Below, piece by piece: positions 38,465 to 48,700 of a stretch of 64,000 nucleotides of DNA. The notes under the pieces are model-generated. The model ran no database searches, was not told the DNA's origin, and saw only the letters and a list, made by a program, of their open reading frames with translations. Source of the DNA: an uncultured Acidobacteriota bacterium (lineage in GTDB: Bacteria; Acidobacteriota; Thermoanaerobaculia; Multivoradales; UBA5704); contig CAVYRF010000002.1 of assembly GCA_963770895.1 (NCBI GenBank), positions 5,344,001 to 5,408,000 of the forward strand, written 5' to 3'. Each line of letters begins with the position of its first letter. Within the stretch, counting starts at the first letter, position 1. A program made the position numbers and the translations under genes.

Positions 38465-40003
38465 ATGCTGCTCGCCGCTCTCGTCGCCACCTCGCGCCAG
38501 GTCGCCGCCACGCGGTCGCGGTCGGAAAAGATCGCGCTCCTGGCCGATCTGCTGCGCCGCCTGGCACCGGAGGAGATCGCAACGGCGGTGGCGTTCCTGA
38601 CCGGCCAGCCGCGCCAGGGACGCATCGGTCTGGGCCCCGCCGCCGTGCGGGCGGCGCGCCCTGACGGGGCGGCGGCGGTGCCGGCGCTGACGCTGGCGGA
38701 GGTGGACGCCGCCTTTGCCGCCATCGCGGCGGCCGCCGGCGCCGGTTCCGCCGGGCAACGCACGCGCCGGCTGGGCGCCTTGCTGAGCGGCGCCACGCGC
38801 GAGGAACAGGAGCTGCTGGTGCGGCTGCTGATGGGGGAGCTGCGCCAGGGCGCCCTGGCGGGCCTGGCGGTGGAAGCCCTGGCGGCCGCCGCGGCGGTCC
38901 CCGCCGACCGGGTGCGGCGGGCGGCGATGCTGGCGGGCGATCTGGCGGCGGTGGCGGAGCCGCTGCTGGTTGCGGGCGGCGCGGCCCTGGCGCGCTTCCA
39001 CCTGCAGCTGTTCCGCCCGCTGCAACCGATGCTGGCGCAGCCGGCCGAAGACGTCGGCGACGCCCTGGCGCGGCTCGGCACGGCGGCGTTCGATCTCAAG
39101 CTGGACGGCGCGCGCATCCAGGCCCACCGCGACGGCGACCAGGTGCGCGTCTACTCGCGGCTGGGCAACGACGTCACCGCCGCCGTGCCCGAGGTGGTGG
39201 CGGCGGTGCGCGCCGCGCCCGCCCGGCGGCTGGTGCTCGACGGCGAGGCCATCGCCCTGCGCGCCGACGGTTCGCCGCAGCCCTTTCAGCTGACCATGCG
39301 CCGCTTCGGGCGCAAGCTCGATGTCGAGCAGCTGCGCCGCGACCTGCCCTTGACCCCCTTCTTTTTCGACCTGCTGCACCTGGACGGCGACGACCTGATC
39401 GACCGCCCGGCCCGCGAGCGCTTCGCCGCCCTGGACGCCGCCGCGCCCGGCCGCGGGGTGGAGCGCCGCATCACCGATTCGGCCGCCGAAGCCGATGCCT
39501 TTTATGGCGAAGTGCTGCGCCAGGGGCACGAAGGGCTGCTGGCCAAGGCGCTGGACGCGCCGTACGAGGCGGGGCGCCGCGGCGGCGGCTGGCTGAAGAT
39601 CAAGTCCGCCCACACCCTCGACCTGGTGGTGCTGGCCGCGGAGCGCGGCCACGGCCGGCGCTCCGGGTGGCTATCCAACCTCCACCTGGGGGCGCGCGAT
39701 GCGCAGAGCGGCGGCTTCGTGATGCTGGGCAAGACCTTCAAGGGCCTGACCGACGACATGCTGGCCTGGCAGACCGAGCGCTTCGCGCAGCTGGCGCTGG
39801 GCACCGAGGACGGCTGGATCGTCCACCTGCGCCCCGAGCTGGTCGTCGAGGTCGCCTTCAACGACGTGCAGGAGAGCCCACAGTACCCGGCGGGCATGGC
39901 GCTGCGCTTCGCCAGGGTGAAGAGCTACCGCCTGGACAAGACCGCGGCGCAGGCGGACACCGTCGACGCCGTGCGGGCGATCTTCGCCGCCTCCCGCCGC
40001 TGA
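38465..40003 (+). CDS. ATP-dependent DNA ligase (LigB-like)
   Basis: PMLA, KLDG, LDGE, FFDLL, EGLLAK, WLKIK, ALRFARV. Confidence 0.93.
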   Translation: MLLAALVATSRQVAATRSRSEKIALLADLLRRLAPEEIATAVAFLTGQPRQGRIGLGPAAVRAARPDGAAAVPALTLAEVDAAFAAIAAAAGAGSAGQRTRRLGALLSGATREEQELLVRLLMGELRQGALAGLAVEALAAAAAVPADRVRRAAMLAGDLAAVAEPLLVAGGAALARFHLQLFRPLQPMLAQPAEDVGDALARLGTAAFDLKLDGARIQAHRDGDQVRVYSRLGNDVTAAVPEVVAAVRAAPARRLVLDGEAIALRADGSPQPFQLTMRRFGRKLDVEQLRRDLPLTPFFFDLLHLDGDDLIDRPARERFAALDAAAPGRGVERRITDSAAEADAFYGEVLRQGHEGLLAKALDAPYEAGRRGGGWLKIKSAHTLDLVVLAAERGHGRRSGWLSNLHLGARDAQSGGFVMLGKTFKGLTDDMLAWQTERFAQLALGTEDGWIVHLRPELVVEVAFNDVQESPQYPAGMALRFARVKSYRLDKTAAQADTVDAVRAIFAASRR

Positions 40004-40159
40004 TCGCCTCCTTCCAAGGGGGGGCCGGGGCGCGGGAGAGCGCCCGCCAGAGCTCGACGGGCGTCCGTCAGGACGGCGCCCAAAGCTCTCAAAACAAGCG
40101 CCGGCGGGCGATTTGTGCTAGGATCGATGGGTTGTACGCAGTGGCAGGAGGTTTTTCCG

Positions 40160-41440
40160 ATGTTCTGGACCAAGCGCGCCGCATGGATCTTCGCCCTGAT
40201 CGTGGGCGGCGCCGCGGGGACCCTGCACGCGCAGCAGCCGACGACCCCGTACTGGTTCACGCTGTCGGCGACGCCGCAGTGCCACCCCGCACCGCCGGTG
40301 GCGCCGGCCGTCGATCTCTACTGGCCGGCCCAGCCGCAGGCGCTCTCCTATCAGGTTTTTCAGGACGGCGCGCCGGTGGCCCTGATGGGGGGGCCCCTAT
40401 CCAGGTTCCAGGTGACGCCGCTTGCCGCCGGCCAGACCTACACGTTCTTCGTGCGGTCGAGCGACGAGCAGGGAGCGATCACCGATTCCAGCACCGTGAC
40501 GGTCACCGTGCCGCCGGGCACCTGCCCGATGGGCGGCGGCAGCTGCCCGCCGGGCGCCGTGTGCAGCGTCGGCGGGCGGTTCCAGGTGACGGCGCACTGG
40601 CTGCTGCCCTCCGCGGGCGGCATCCAGCAGAGCGGCGCCGGCACGCCGGTGCCGCTGTCCGACGACACCGGGGGCTTCTGGTTTGTCGATCCCAGCAGCC
40701 TCGACCTGATGGTCAAGGTGCTGGACGGCACCTCGGTCAACGGCTACTTCTGGGTCTTCTACGGCGCCCTGTCCAACACCGAGTACTACCTGGACGTCTA
40801 CGACACCCAGACCAGCAGCGCCAGGCAGTACTACAACCCCGCAGGCACCCTGGCCAGCTTCGCCGACACCGCCGCCTTCGCCGCCACGCCCCCGCCCCCA
40901 CCGCCGGGACCCGCGATCCTGAGCGCGGCCACCCTCGCGGCCGAGGTTAGCGGTGCGGCGACGGTTGCCGCCGGGGGCGACAAGGTGATCGAGCCCATGG
41001 GCACCGGCCTGGCCGCACCGGGCCGGGCCGGCGAGCAGGCCGGCCGAGCCGTGGCGGACGGCGGGCTTGCGGTGGTGGCCGATGCCGGGCAGAACGGCGG
41101 TGCGTGTGTGCCTGGCACCGGTGCCCTGTGTGGGTTGGACGGGCGCTTTCAGGTCACCGTCGCATGGTCGCTCACCGCGGGCGGCACGCCGACGGCGGCG
41201 ACGGCGGTGCCGCTGAGCGACGGCACCGGGTATTTCTGGTTTTTCGCCAGCACCAATGCGGAGCTGCTGGTCAAGCTCCTGGACGGCCGATCGGTGAACG
41301 GGCACTTCTGGTTCTTCTATGGCGCCCTTTCGGACGTTGCGTACACGATCAACGTCACCGACACCACGACCGGCATCGTCCGCACCTACCAGAACCCAGC
41401 GGGAAATCTGGCCAGCGTCGCGGACATCGACGCGTTCTAG
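40160..41440 (+). CDS. secreted protein: FN3-like domain plus two FWFF repeat domains
   Basis: GGAGG RBS; signal peptide; two copies of GRFQV..FWF..LxVKxLDGxSVNG.FW.FYGALS. Confidence 0.85.
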   Translation: MFWTKRAAWIFALIVGGAAGTLHAQQPTTPYWFTLSATPQCHPAPPVAPAVDLYWPAQPQALSYQVFQDGAPVALMGGPLSRFQVTPLAAGQTYTFFVRSSDEQGAITDSSTVTVTVPPGTCPMGGGSCPPGAVCSVGGRFQVTAHWLLPSAGGIQQSGAGTPVPLSDDTGGFWFVDPSSLDLMVKVLDGTSVNGYFWVFYGALSNTEYYLDVYDTQTSSARQYYNPAGTLASFADTAAFAATPPPPPPGPAILSAATLAAEVSGAATVAAGGDKVIEPMGTGLAAPGRAGEQAGRAVADGGLAVVADAGQNGGACVPGTGALCGLDGRFQVTVAWSLTAGGTPTAATAVPLSDGTGYFWFFASTNAELLVKLLDGRSVNGHFWFFYGALSDVAYTINVTDTTTGIVRTYQNPAGNLASVADIDAF

Positions 41441-41465
41441 CCTCCCGGCGGGAGGCTAGAACGCG
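41431..41465. terminator. perfect 16-bp hairpin between convergent genes
   Basis: CGCGTTCTAGCCTCCC-GGC-GGGAGGCTAGAACGCG. Confidence 0.7.
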
Positions 41466-41485
41466 CGGGCAGACGCCGGGCCGTT

Positions 41486-42553
41486 TTAGTCGGCGGGCAG
41501 CGTCCAGATGGACAGCGTGTTGGTCACGTCGTCCACCGCGGCGAACTGCGCGGTGTGGCCGCTGACGGCGACGGCGAGACCGAACGAGCCGCCCTGGCCG
41601 GGATCGACCGACAGCTGCTTGACGAACTTGCCTTCGATGGTGAATTCGACGATCTCACTCGGCTGATTCGGGTCGGAATTGATCACGTCGGCGTTGGCGA
41701 CCAGCAGGTGGCCGTTGGGAGCTTCCGCCATGCCGATGGGGCCGTGCAGGTGCACGTTATCCTGATAGATCACGTGTCCCTTGCCGCCGCTGTGATTGGT
41801 GGCGCCGGCGTGGCGCACTTCATAGATCGCGTTGTCTTCGGTCGACGCGACGTACAGGATGTCGGCGTCGACGTTGTACACCAGGCCGGTCGGGGCGACG
41901 ACCAGGGCCGCCGGATCGCAACGAAAGCCGTATCCCGACGCGATTTGAGTGGTGCTCACGACGGTCAAGCCGCTGCCTGAAACCGTGGCGTCCAGCCGCT
42001 GCACCGTGCCGTTCAGGGCGTTGGAGACAAAGATGAGCGCGGTGTGGTTGGGCCGCTCGTAGACGGCCATGTCCCAGGGGCCGTCGATGCCGGAGCCGGC
42101 GATCGCGTCCAGCTGCTTGCCGTCAGCGTCCACCACCAGGAGAGACCCGGCCTGCGCGGTGGCACAGGTGCCGTCCTGGGTGGGGAAATTGCCGACGATC
42201 ACGATGCCTTCGTTGAGCGCCGCCAGGGCGGTCGACAAGCCGGTGCCGGCCGCCGCCTGGAAGAACAGGGTCGGCGATCCGGAGGGCGGCACGTCGACGA
42301 TGGTCGTGCCGGTGCCCTGCTGGTTGTTGCTGTTGTTGAAGTTGGACACCAGGATGTCGCCGGGATGGATGGCGCCTCCGGCAGGGAAGTGCGGCGGCAC
42401 GAAGGCCACGCCGTACGGATTGACGTCGCCGTTGGCGGGAACCGTCGAGACCGTGCGCACCGGGTTGGGCAGGAAGGGGGGCTGTGCGATCGCCGGCGCT
42501 GCCATCAGCGCCACCATCGCCACGGCCAGGATCGTTGCTGCAGCATTTTTCAT
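41486..42553 (-). CDS. secreted beta-propeller (NHL-like) protein
   Basis: Signal peptide MKNAAATIL; STVPANGDVNPYG, GPWDM, PTGL, GPIGM blades. Confidence 0.8.
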   Translation of the reverse strand: MKNAAATILAVAMVALMAAPAIAQPPFLPNPVRTVSTVPANGDVNPYGVAFVPPHFPAGGAIHPGDILVSNFNNSNNQQGTGTTIVDVPPSGSPTLFFQAAAGTGLSTALAALNEGIVIVGNFPTQDGTCATAQAGSLLVVDADGKQLDAIAGSGIDGPWDMAVYERPNHTALIFVSNALNGTVQRLDATVSGSGLTVVSTTQIASGYGFRCDPAALVVAPTGLVYNVDADILYVASTEDNAIYEVRHAGATNHSGGKGHVIYQDNVHLHGPIGMAEAPNGHLLVANADVINSDPNQPSEIVEFTIEGKFVKQLSVDPGQGGSFGLAVAVSGHTAQFAAVDDVTNTLSIWTLPAD

Positions 42554-42649
42554 ATCTTCCTCCATGGAAAGAGAGATTCGGCCGGTCGGTTTACAACCAC
42601 GGCCGACACGTGAGTCCAGGAGAGCCGACAAAAGGTTCAATTCGCCGGC

Positions 42650-42805
42650 GACCTGCCGGGAGTGCCGGGCCAGGCGGCAGCCCCGGCCGACCTGCCGGGA
42701 GTGCCGGGCCAGGCGGCAGCCCCGGCCGACCTGCCGGAAGTGCCGGGCCAGGCGACAGCCCCGGCCGACCTGCCGGGAGTGCCGGGCCAGGCGACGGCCC
42801 CGGCC
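42650..42805. repeat. 4 x 39-bp tandem repeat (intergenic VNTR)
   Basis: GACCTGCCGGGAGTGCCGGGCCAGGCGGCAGCCCCGGCC at 42650, 42689, 42728 and 42767; no spacers. Confidence 0.93.
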
Positions 42806-42946
42806 GCCGCGCCTATCTGGTTTCGACTGTGGCGCGGCGCGGTTGGCCGGCAACGGCGGGCGGTGGGCTGGGGCCTGCGGCACAGTGGCAGGGGCCTTGC
42901 ACGCCTGGTGGCAGGAGCTTCATGGCTCTCTACCAAGGAGACACTG

Positions 42947-43156
42947 ATGAGACTGGTTGCAATCGTCCTGATTGTGTTGGGCATCGTGGGCCTGATCTAC
43001 GGTGGCATCACCTACACGCAGAGAACGCACGATGCCAAGATCGGCCCGATCGACATTTCGGTCAACGAGAACAAGACGGTGCCCATCCCCGTCTGGGCGG
43101 GCGTCGGCGCGATCGTCGTCGGCGGCCTGCTGCTGTTTACCGGCGGACGCAGCTGA
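42947..43156 (+). CDS. small 2-TM membrane protein (DUF3185-like)
   Basis: AAGGAG RBS; IVLIVLGIVGLIYGG..KIGPI..PVWAGVGAIVVGGLLL. Confidence 0.8.
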   Translation: MRLVAIVLIVLGIVGLIYGGITYTQRTHDAKIGPIDISVNENKTVPIPVWAGVGAIVVGGLLLFTGGRS

Positions 43157-43279
43157 ACGGCGCGCTGTTGGCGCCGCTGGCGTGGCCGGCGCGGCGGCGG
43201 CGGGTTGCGCACGCGGCAAGCTGCGTCGTGCGGCGGCGGCGGGCGGCGCGGCATCGCGCGCGGCCGGTCGCGGCGGCGC

Positions 43280-44809
43280 TCAGATGTACTGGAAGAGGAC
43301 CATGAAGCCGTTATCCATGGGCAGCTGCTGCTGGCAGTGAAAGAGCGTGGGGCCGGGGTTGTCTGCCACCATGTCGACTTCGATGCTGCTGTGCGGCTCG
43401 ACGTGCACGACGTCCTTGACGATGCCGGCGGTCAGCCTGCCGTTCAGCTTGGTGATCTGGAAGCTGTGGCGGTGCAGGTGGACCGGGTAGCCCTGGTCGC
43501 TTTCGTTGCGCAGCAGCAGCCGGTAGTGCCAGCCGGGAAGCAGGTAGATCGGGCTGTTCTGCGGATAGGAGCGGCCGTTGACGGTCCACCGGTCAAAGCC
43601 GCCTGCGGCGCCGGCGGTCCTGGCGAAGATCAGCGGGATCTGTTTGTCGGGCGGCTGCAGCAGGCCGGTGCCGCCGAACCAGGCGTAGTTCCACTCCTGC
43701 TGCGGCGGCGCCAGCCAGCGCGGTTTGCCGCTCTGGCCGGCGTATTCCACGACCACGCCGCAGCCCGCCGCGCGATCGGAGTCGTCGGTGCTGCCGAGCA
43801 CCCAGACGCCCTGTCGGTTCATCTCCACCACTGCATCGACGCGCTCGCCGGTGGCCAGCTGCAGGACGTCGACGGTGGCGCGGGTGGGGACCGGGTTGCC
43901 GTCCAGAGCCGTCACCTCAAAGCGATGGCCGGGAAGCGCCAGGCGCACCAGCTTGCCGGCGCCGGCGTTGAGCAGGTGGAACAGCACGCGCTCGCCCTTT
44001 CGCACCCGCACCGGCTCGCCGTGGCCCAAAGCCTTGCCGTTGATGGAAAAGATCCGGTAGCCGATCTCCAGGCCGTTGCCTGCCTGCGGCGCGGCAGCGG
44101 GGGCGCCGTGCCTGCCGGCGCCGGAGCTGGCAGAGGTGCCCGGCATGATGACGCTGGAGCTGGCGGATGTGCTGGGTTTGGCGGCGCTGGAGGTGGCGGT
44201 TACGCCGGGCTTGGTGGCGTCTGACGCGGCGCCGCCGGTCAGGAACGGTTCCCATTCGTGTGTCGCCAGGAAGACTTCGCGATCGTAGCGGCCGGGCTCG
44301 CTCTTGGCCGCGACGACCACGAAGCCGAACTGACCGCTGTAGGCGCCGCGCTCGAGATCGCTGCCGGCGTGGACCTGGGTGTGATACCAGCGCGTGCCGG
44401 CCGGTCCGGGCGTAAAGGTGTAGCGGCGCAGGCCGCGCGCCGGCACCAGCGCGGTGCCTTCTTCTTCGGCGCCGTCGACGTCGGCCGCCACAGCCTGGCC
44501 GTGCCAGTGCACCAGCTCGGCCGCGGCGGTGTCGTTGTGCACTTCGACGATGACCGGCACGCCTTCGCGCATGCGCAAAAGCGGCCCCGGCACGCTGTCG
44601 TCGTAGCCGGTGGTGGCGATCTGGCGGCCGGGCACCGGCTCGACCACCACGCGTGCGATGCGCAGGCTGAAATCGGGGCGCCGCGGCGGGGCGGTGGCGG
44701 CGCCGCTTGCCGCGCCCGCTCCGCCGGGCTGCTGGCCGCAGCCGGGAATCAACAGCGCGCCGCCGAGCGCCGCGGCGCCGCGAAGGAACTCGCGCCGGCT
44801 CGCCGTCAT
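43280..44809 (-). CDS. Tat-exported multicopper oxidase homolog with degenerate Cu ligands
   Basis: SRREFL Tat motif; HWHG; WYHTQ; YPVHLHRH; HCQQQLPM. Confidence 0.85.
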   Translation of the reverse strand: MTASRREFLRGAAALGGALLIPGCGQQPGGAGAASGAATAPPRRPDFSLRIARVVVEPVPGRQIATTGYDDSVPGPLLRMREGVPVIVEVHNDTAAAELVHWHGQAVAADVDGAEEEGTALVPARGLRRYTFTPGPAGTRWYHTQVHAGSDLERGAYSGQFGFVVVAAKSEPGRYDREVFLATHEWEPFLTGGAASDATKPGVTATSSAAKPSTSASSSVIMPGTSASSGAGRHGAPAAAPQAGNGLEIGYRIFSINGKALGHGEPVRVRKGERVLFHLLNAGAGKLVRLALPGHRFEVTALDGNPVPTRATVDVLQLATGERVDAVVEMNRQGVWVLGSTDDSDRAAGCGVVVEYAGQSGKPRWLAPPQQEWNYAWFGGTGLLQPPDKQIPLIFARTAGAAGGFDRWTVNGRSYPQNSPIYLLPGWHYRLLLRNESDQGYPVHLHRHSFQITKLNGRLTAGIVKDVVHVEPHSSIEVDMVADNPGPTLFHCQQQLPMDNGFMVLFQYI

Positions 44810-45038
44810 GGACCGTGCTCTCGCAACGGCGCCAGTCTAGTGCCCGCCCGGTTCCCCCGCAAGGCACCCGCCAGCCCTCCTCACCCCCCCGGGGCGGGAC
44901 ACCGGCGTCGGCGCCGCCCGGCGGCGTGCCGCGGGTTTTAGTGAACGGAGAGGTTTTGGTGAGCCGAAAGAAAGTGATATCGCTGATGCGGGATTCTAGG
45001 CAGGGGGGGCATCCAGGCAATGCAACATAGGTGACAGA

Positions 45039-45407
45039 TCAGCGACAGGCGTGATTGAGCTGGACGCTGGTGGTGCGGTTCTTTTCGTCCACGAAGACGG
45101 TGCGCGCGGTGAAGTGCTCCGCCGGCTGGACCAGCCCGTAAGCGCAGATGATGGCGATGTCTCCGGCCTGGAAGTGATGGGCGGCGGCGCCGTTCAGACA
45201 GATGATTCCTGAATTGCGTTCGCCGACGATGATGTATGTCTCGAGCCGCGCGCCGTTGGTCACATTGAGCACCTGTACGCGCTCCATGTCGCCCATGTGC
45301 GCGGCGTCGAGCAGGGCCGCGTCGACGGTCACGGACCCGATGTAATCGCGGTTGGCGTCGGTCACGGTGACGCGATGCAGCTTGGCTCTCATGACTTCGA
45401 TCAGCAT
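45039..45407 (-). CDS. panD: aspartate 1-decarboxylase
   Basis: AKLHRVTVT, YIGSVTVD (Gly-Ser cleavage site), RLETY, ICLNGAAA. Confidence 0.95.
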   Translation of the reverse strand: MLIEVMRAKLHRVTVTDANRDYIGSVTVDAALLDAAHMGDMERVQVLNVTNGARLETYIIVGERNSGIICLNGAAAHHFQAGDIAIICAYGLVQPAEHFTARTVFVDEKNRTTSVQLNHACR

Positions 45408-45798
45408 GTCGAGTAAACCCCCCAGCTAGGTGTGCGCGAAATCCCCCCGACCGTGACACCCCCCACGAGAACAGACGAATTTGGGCTAGTGCTTGGTGCG
45501 ACGAGCTCGCTTATAAAAGTGTGGCAGGGCACAATGCGCGTGTCAAGAAACGCGGGCACCCGCGCAGCGGTGTGTCGCTACATTGAGCAACGGTAAACCT
45601 GCTCAAATTCGCACTGTGTACCGACCGTGATGTCTTTCTATCATGCCTGACTGTTTAGGCGCTCTCGACTCCGCGCCGCGATCTTGAGTACCATCTGGTC
45701 TCTCTGGTCTGCGCTCACAACACTGATCGAAGAAGCTGCTGCCGGTGAGTCTGCCTCGGGGAGTGGATGCCGGGGGCGGGCAGGCCACAGGAGGTGCG

Positions 45799-48700
45799 AT
45801 GCTGGAAACCGCCGTCGAGCTGATCTACGAGCTGTCGCCGATGCAGCAGGGCATGCTGTTCCACAGCGTGTATGCCCCGGGCTCGGGCGACTACGTGGTG
45901 CAGCTCAGCCTGCGGCTGGCAGGGCGGTTGGATATCGGCGCCTTCGTGCGGTCCTGGCAGCGCGTCGCCGATCGGCACGGCATACTGCGCACCGGCTTTC
46001 ACTGGGAAGACCTGGAGCGGCCGGTGCAGGTCGTCTACCGCGAAGTCGACCTGGAAGTGCGGCGCGAGTCGTGGCGCGACCTTGCGGCTCCCGCCCAGCA
46101 GGAACGCCTGGCGCGCTACCTGGAAGCCGATCGCGAACGCGGTTTCGACGTTGCGGAGCCGCCGCTGGTGCGGCTGGCACTGTTCGAGCTGGACCACGGC
46201 GTGTACCAATTCGTCTGGAGCCTGCACCACCTGCTGACCGACGGATGGTCGCAGGGGCTCTTGCTGCGCGAGCTCTTTGCCTGCTATGCGGCGTTCGCCG
46301 CCGGCCGCGAACCGGCGCTGGGCCGCGCGCCGTCGTACCGCGACTATATCGCCTGGCTGCAGCGGCAGGACCTGGGCGCGGCGGAGGCATTCTGGCGCCG
46401 CGCCCTGGCCGGTTTCAGCGCGCCGACGCCGATCGCGGCACGCGCCAGGACGGCGCCGGCCGCCGCCGACCGGCGGAGCACCGAGCGGCACACGCGGCTG
46501 CTCGACGCCGCGACCAGCGCGCAGCTGCGGGACGCGGCGCGGGGGCGGCGTTTGACGTTGAACACCGTCGTCCAGGGGGCGTGGGCGCTGCTGCTGGCGC
46601 GCGCCGCGGCATCGCGCGACGTGGTGTTCGGCGTCACCGTCGCCGGCCGCCCCGAGGACCTGCCCGGCGCGCAGGCGATCGTCGGACCGTTCATCAACAC
46701 CCTGCCGGCGCGCTTCCGCATCGCGCCGGGGGTGGCGCTGGGCGATTGGCTGGCGACGGTGCAGCAGGAGCAGCTGGCGCTGCGCAGCTTTGAGCACTCG
46801 CCGCTCTACCAGGTGCAGGCCTGGAGCGAGCTGCCGGCGGGTGCGCCGCTGTTCGATCACATTGTGGCGTTCGAAAACTACCCGCTGGACGAGGCGCTGG
46901 CGGGGGTGCTGTCCGATCTCGCGATCTCCGCGGTTTCGACCCACGAGCAGACCAACTACCCGATGGCGCTGGTGGTCGCTCCCGGCGACAGCCTGTCGCT
47001 GGCGATCCTGTGCGACGGCGCCCGGTTCTCCGGCGCGACGGCGGCGCGGTGGCTGGACGACCTGGGGAGCCTCCTGGGCACCCTGGCGACCGCTCCCGAG
47101 GTATGGGCGGAAGACGTTGCGCACGTCGTCGGGCCGCAGTCCTCGGCGCTTGCCGGACAGGCCGCATTCACCGTGCCGGCGGCGGCGGCGGATGCGCTCC
47201 ACGCCCTGGCGGCCAGGTCGGGAGCGACGCTCTTTTCGCTGCTGCTCGCCGCCCTGGCGGCGCTCCTGGCGCGCTATGCGGGGTGCGACCAGGTGCCGAT
47301 CGACGCGCGCTTTGCGCATCGCGATCCTGACGGGACCGCGGACCGCGGCGGCGGTGCCCTGGTGCTGCGCGACGATCCTGCCGGCGGGCTGACCTTCGCC
47401 GAGCTGATCGTGCGGGCGCAGCAGCTGCTGCGCGCCGCCCAGCCGCACCACGACGTGTGCCAGGCCACGGCCGGCGCCGACCTGGCGCCGCTCGCGACGG
47501 TGCGCGGCGCCGTCGTGCCGCCCCTGGTCCAGGTGCTGCTCACGCTGCGCGGCATCGCGCCGATCGCCGACGTCGCTATGCCGGCGGCGGCCGGCGCCCA
47601 GCTGGCGGTGACGCTGGCGGAGACCGCCGCCGGCATGGCGGGCTCGGTGCAGCACGGCGGCGACCTCTTCGATCGCGCCTGGACCGGGCGCCTGGCCGGC
47701 CAGCTGCAAGCGCTGCTGACGGCGCTGCCGGGCGTGGCGGACCGGCCGCTGTGGGCCCTGCCGGTGCTGCCGCAGGCCGAGCGCTGGCAGCTGGTGGCGG
47801 AGTGGAACGACACCCGGTCGAACTACTCCCTGGCACCGCCGCTGGTGCACCAGCGGGTGGTGTCGCAGGCGGCGCGGGCGCCGCACGCGGTGGCGGTCAC
47901 CGGCGGCGGCCACAGCCTGACCTACGGCGAGCTGGTCGCCCGCGCCGACCGCCTGGCCGCGCGCCTGCAATCCCTGGGCATCGGCCCCGAGCTGCGGGTC
48001 GCGGTCTGCGCCGGCAGGAGCCCGGCGCGCGTCGTCGGCCTGCTGGCGGTGTTGCAGGCCGCAGGCGTCTACGTGCCGCTCGATCCGGCCCATCCGCCCG
48101 AGCGTCTGGCCTTTCTGATCCAGGACGCGGGAGCGCAGGTGGTGCTGGTCGAGGAACGCCACCGCGCTCGCCTGCCGGCGCCGGCGGTGGCGACGCTCTA
48201 CCTGGACGACGCCGCCGCGGTGGTGGCGACGGCCGGGCCGGCCGTCGGCGACGGCCGACGCCGCATCACCGGCAGCGCCAGCAGCGGCGGCGACGCCGGC
48301 GTCGGCCTGGACCACCTGGCGTACGTCATCTACACCTCGGGCTCGACCGGGCAGCCCAAGGGCATCGAGGTGCCGCATCGCGGCTTCCTCAACCTGGTGG
48401 AGTGGCACCTGGAGCGCTACGCCGTCACCGCCCAGGACCGCTCGACCCTGCAGGCCAGCCCGGCGTTCGACGCCGCGGTGTGGGAGCTGTGGCCCTACCT
48501 GGCGGTCGGCGCCAGCGTGCACATTCCGCCCGACGAGGAGACGCGCCTGTCGGCGCCGGCGCTGCGGCGATGGTGGGCCAGGGAGCGCATCAGCGTGGTG
48601 TTCCTGGTCACGCCGCTGGCCGAACGGGTGGTGGAGGACGAGGCGGCGGCGGTGCGGCGCCAGGAGCCGCCCCTGCCGGGGCCGCGGGTGCTGCTGACCG

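Noticed and set aside
42650-42805. CRISPR array
   Set aside because: Units are contiguous with no unique spacers, and there are no cas genes.
41486-42883. 465-aa ORF including the repeat-encoded N-terminus
   Set aside because: The signal peptide and a GGAGGA RBS indicate a start at 42553; the extension is the VNTR.
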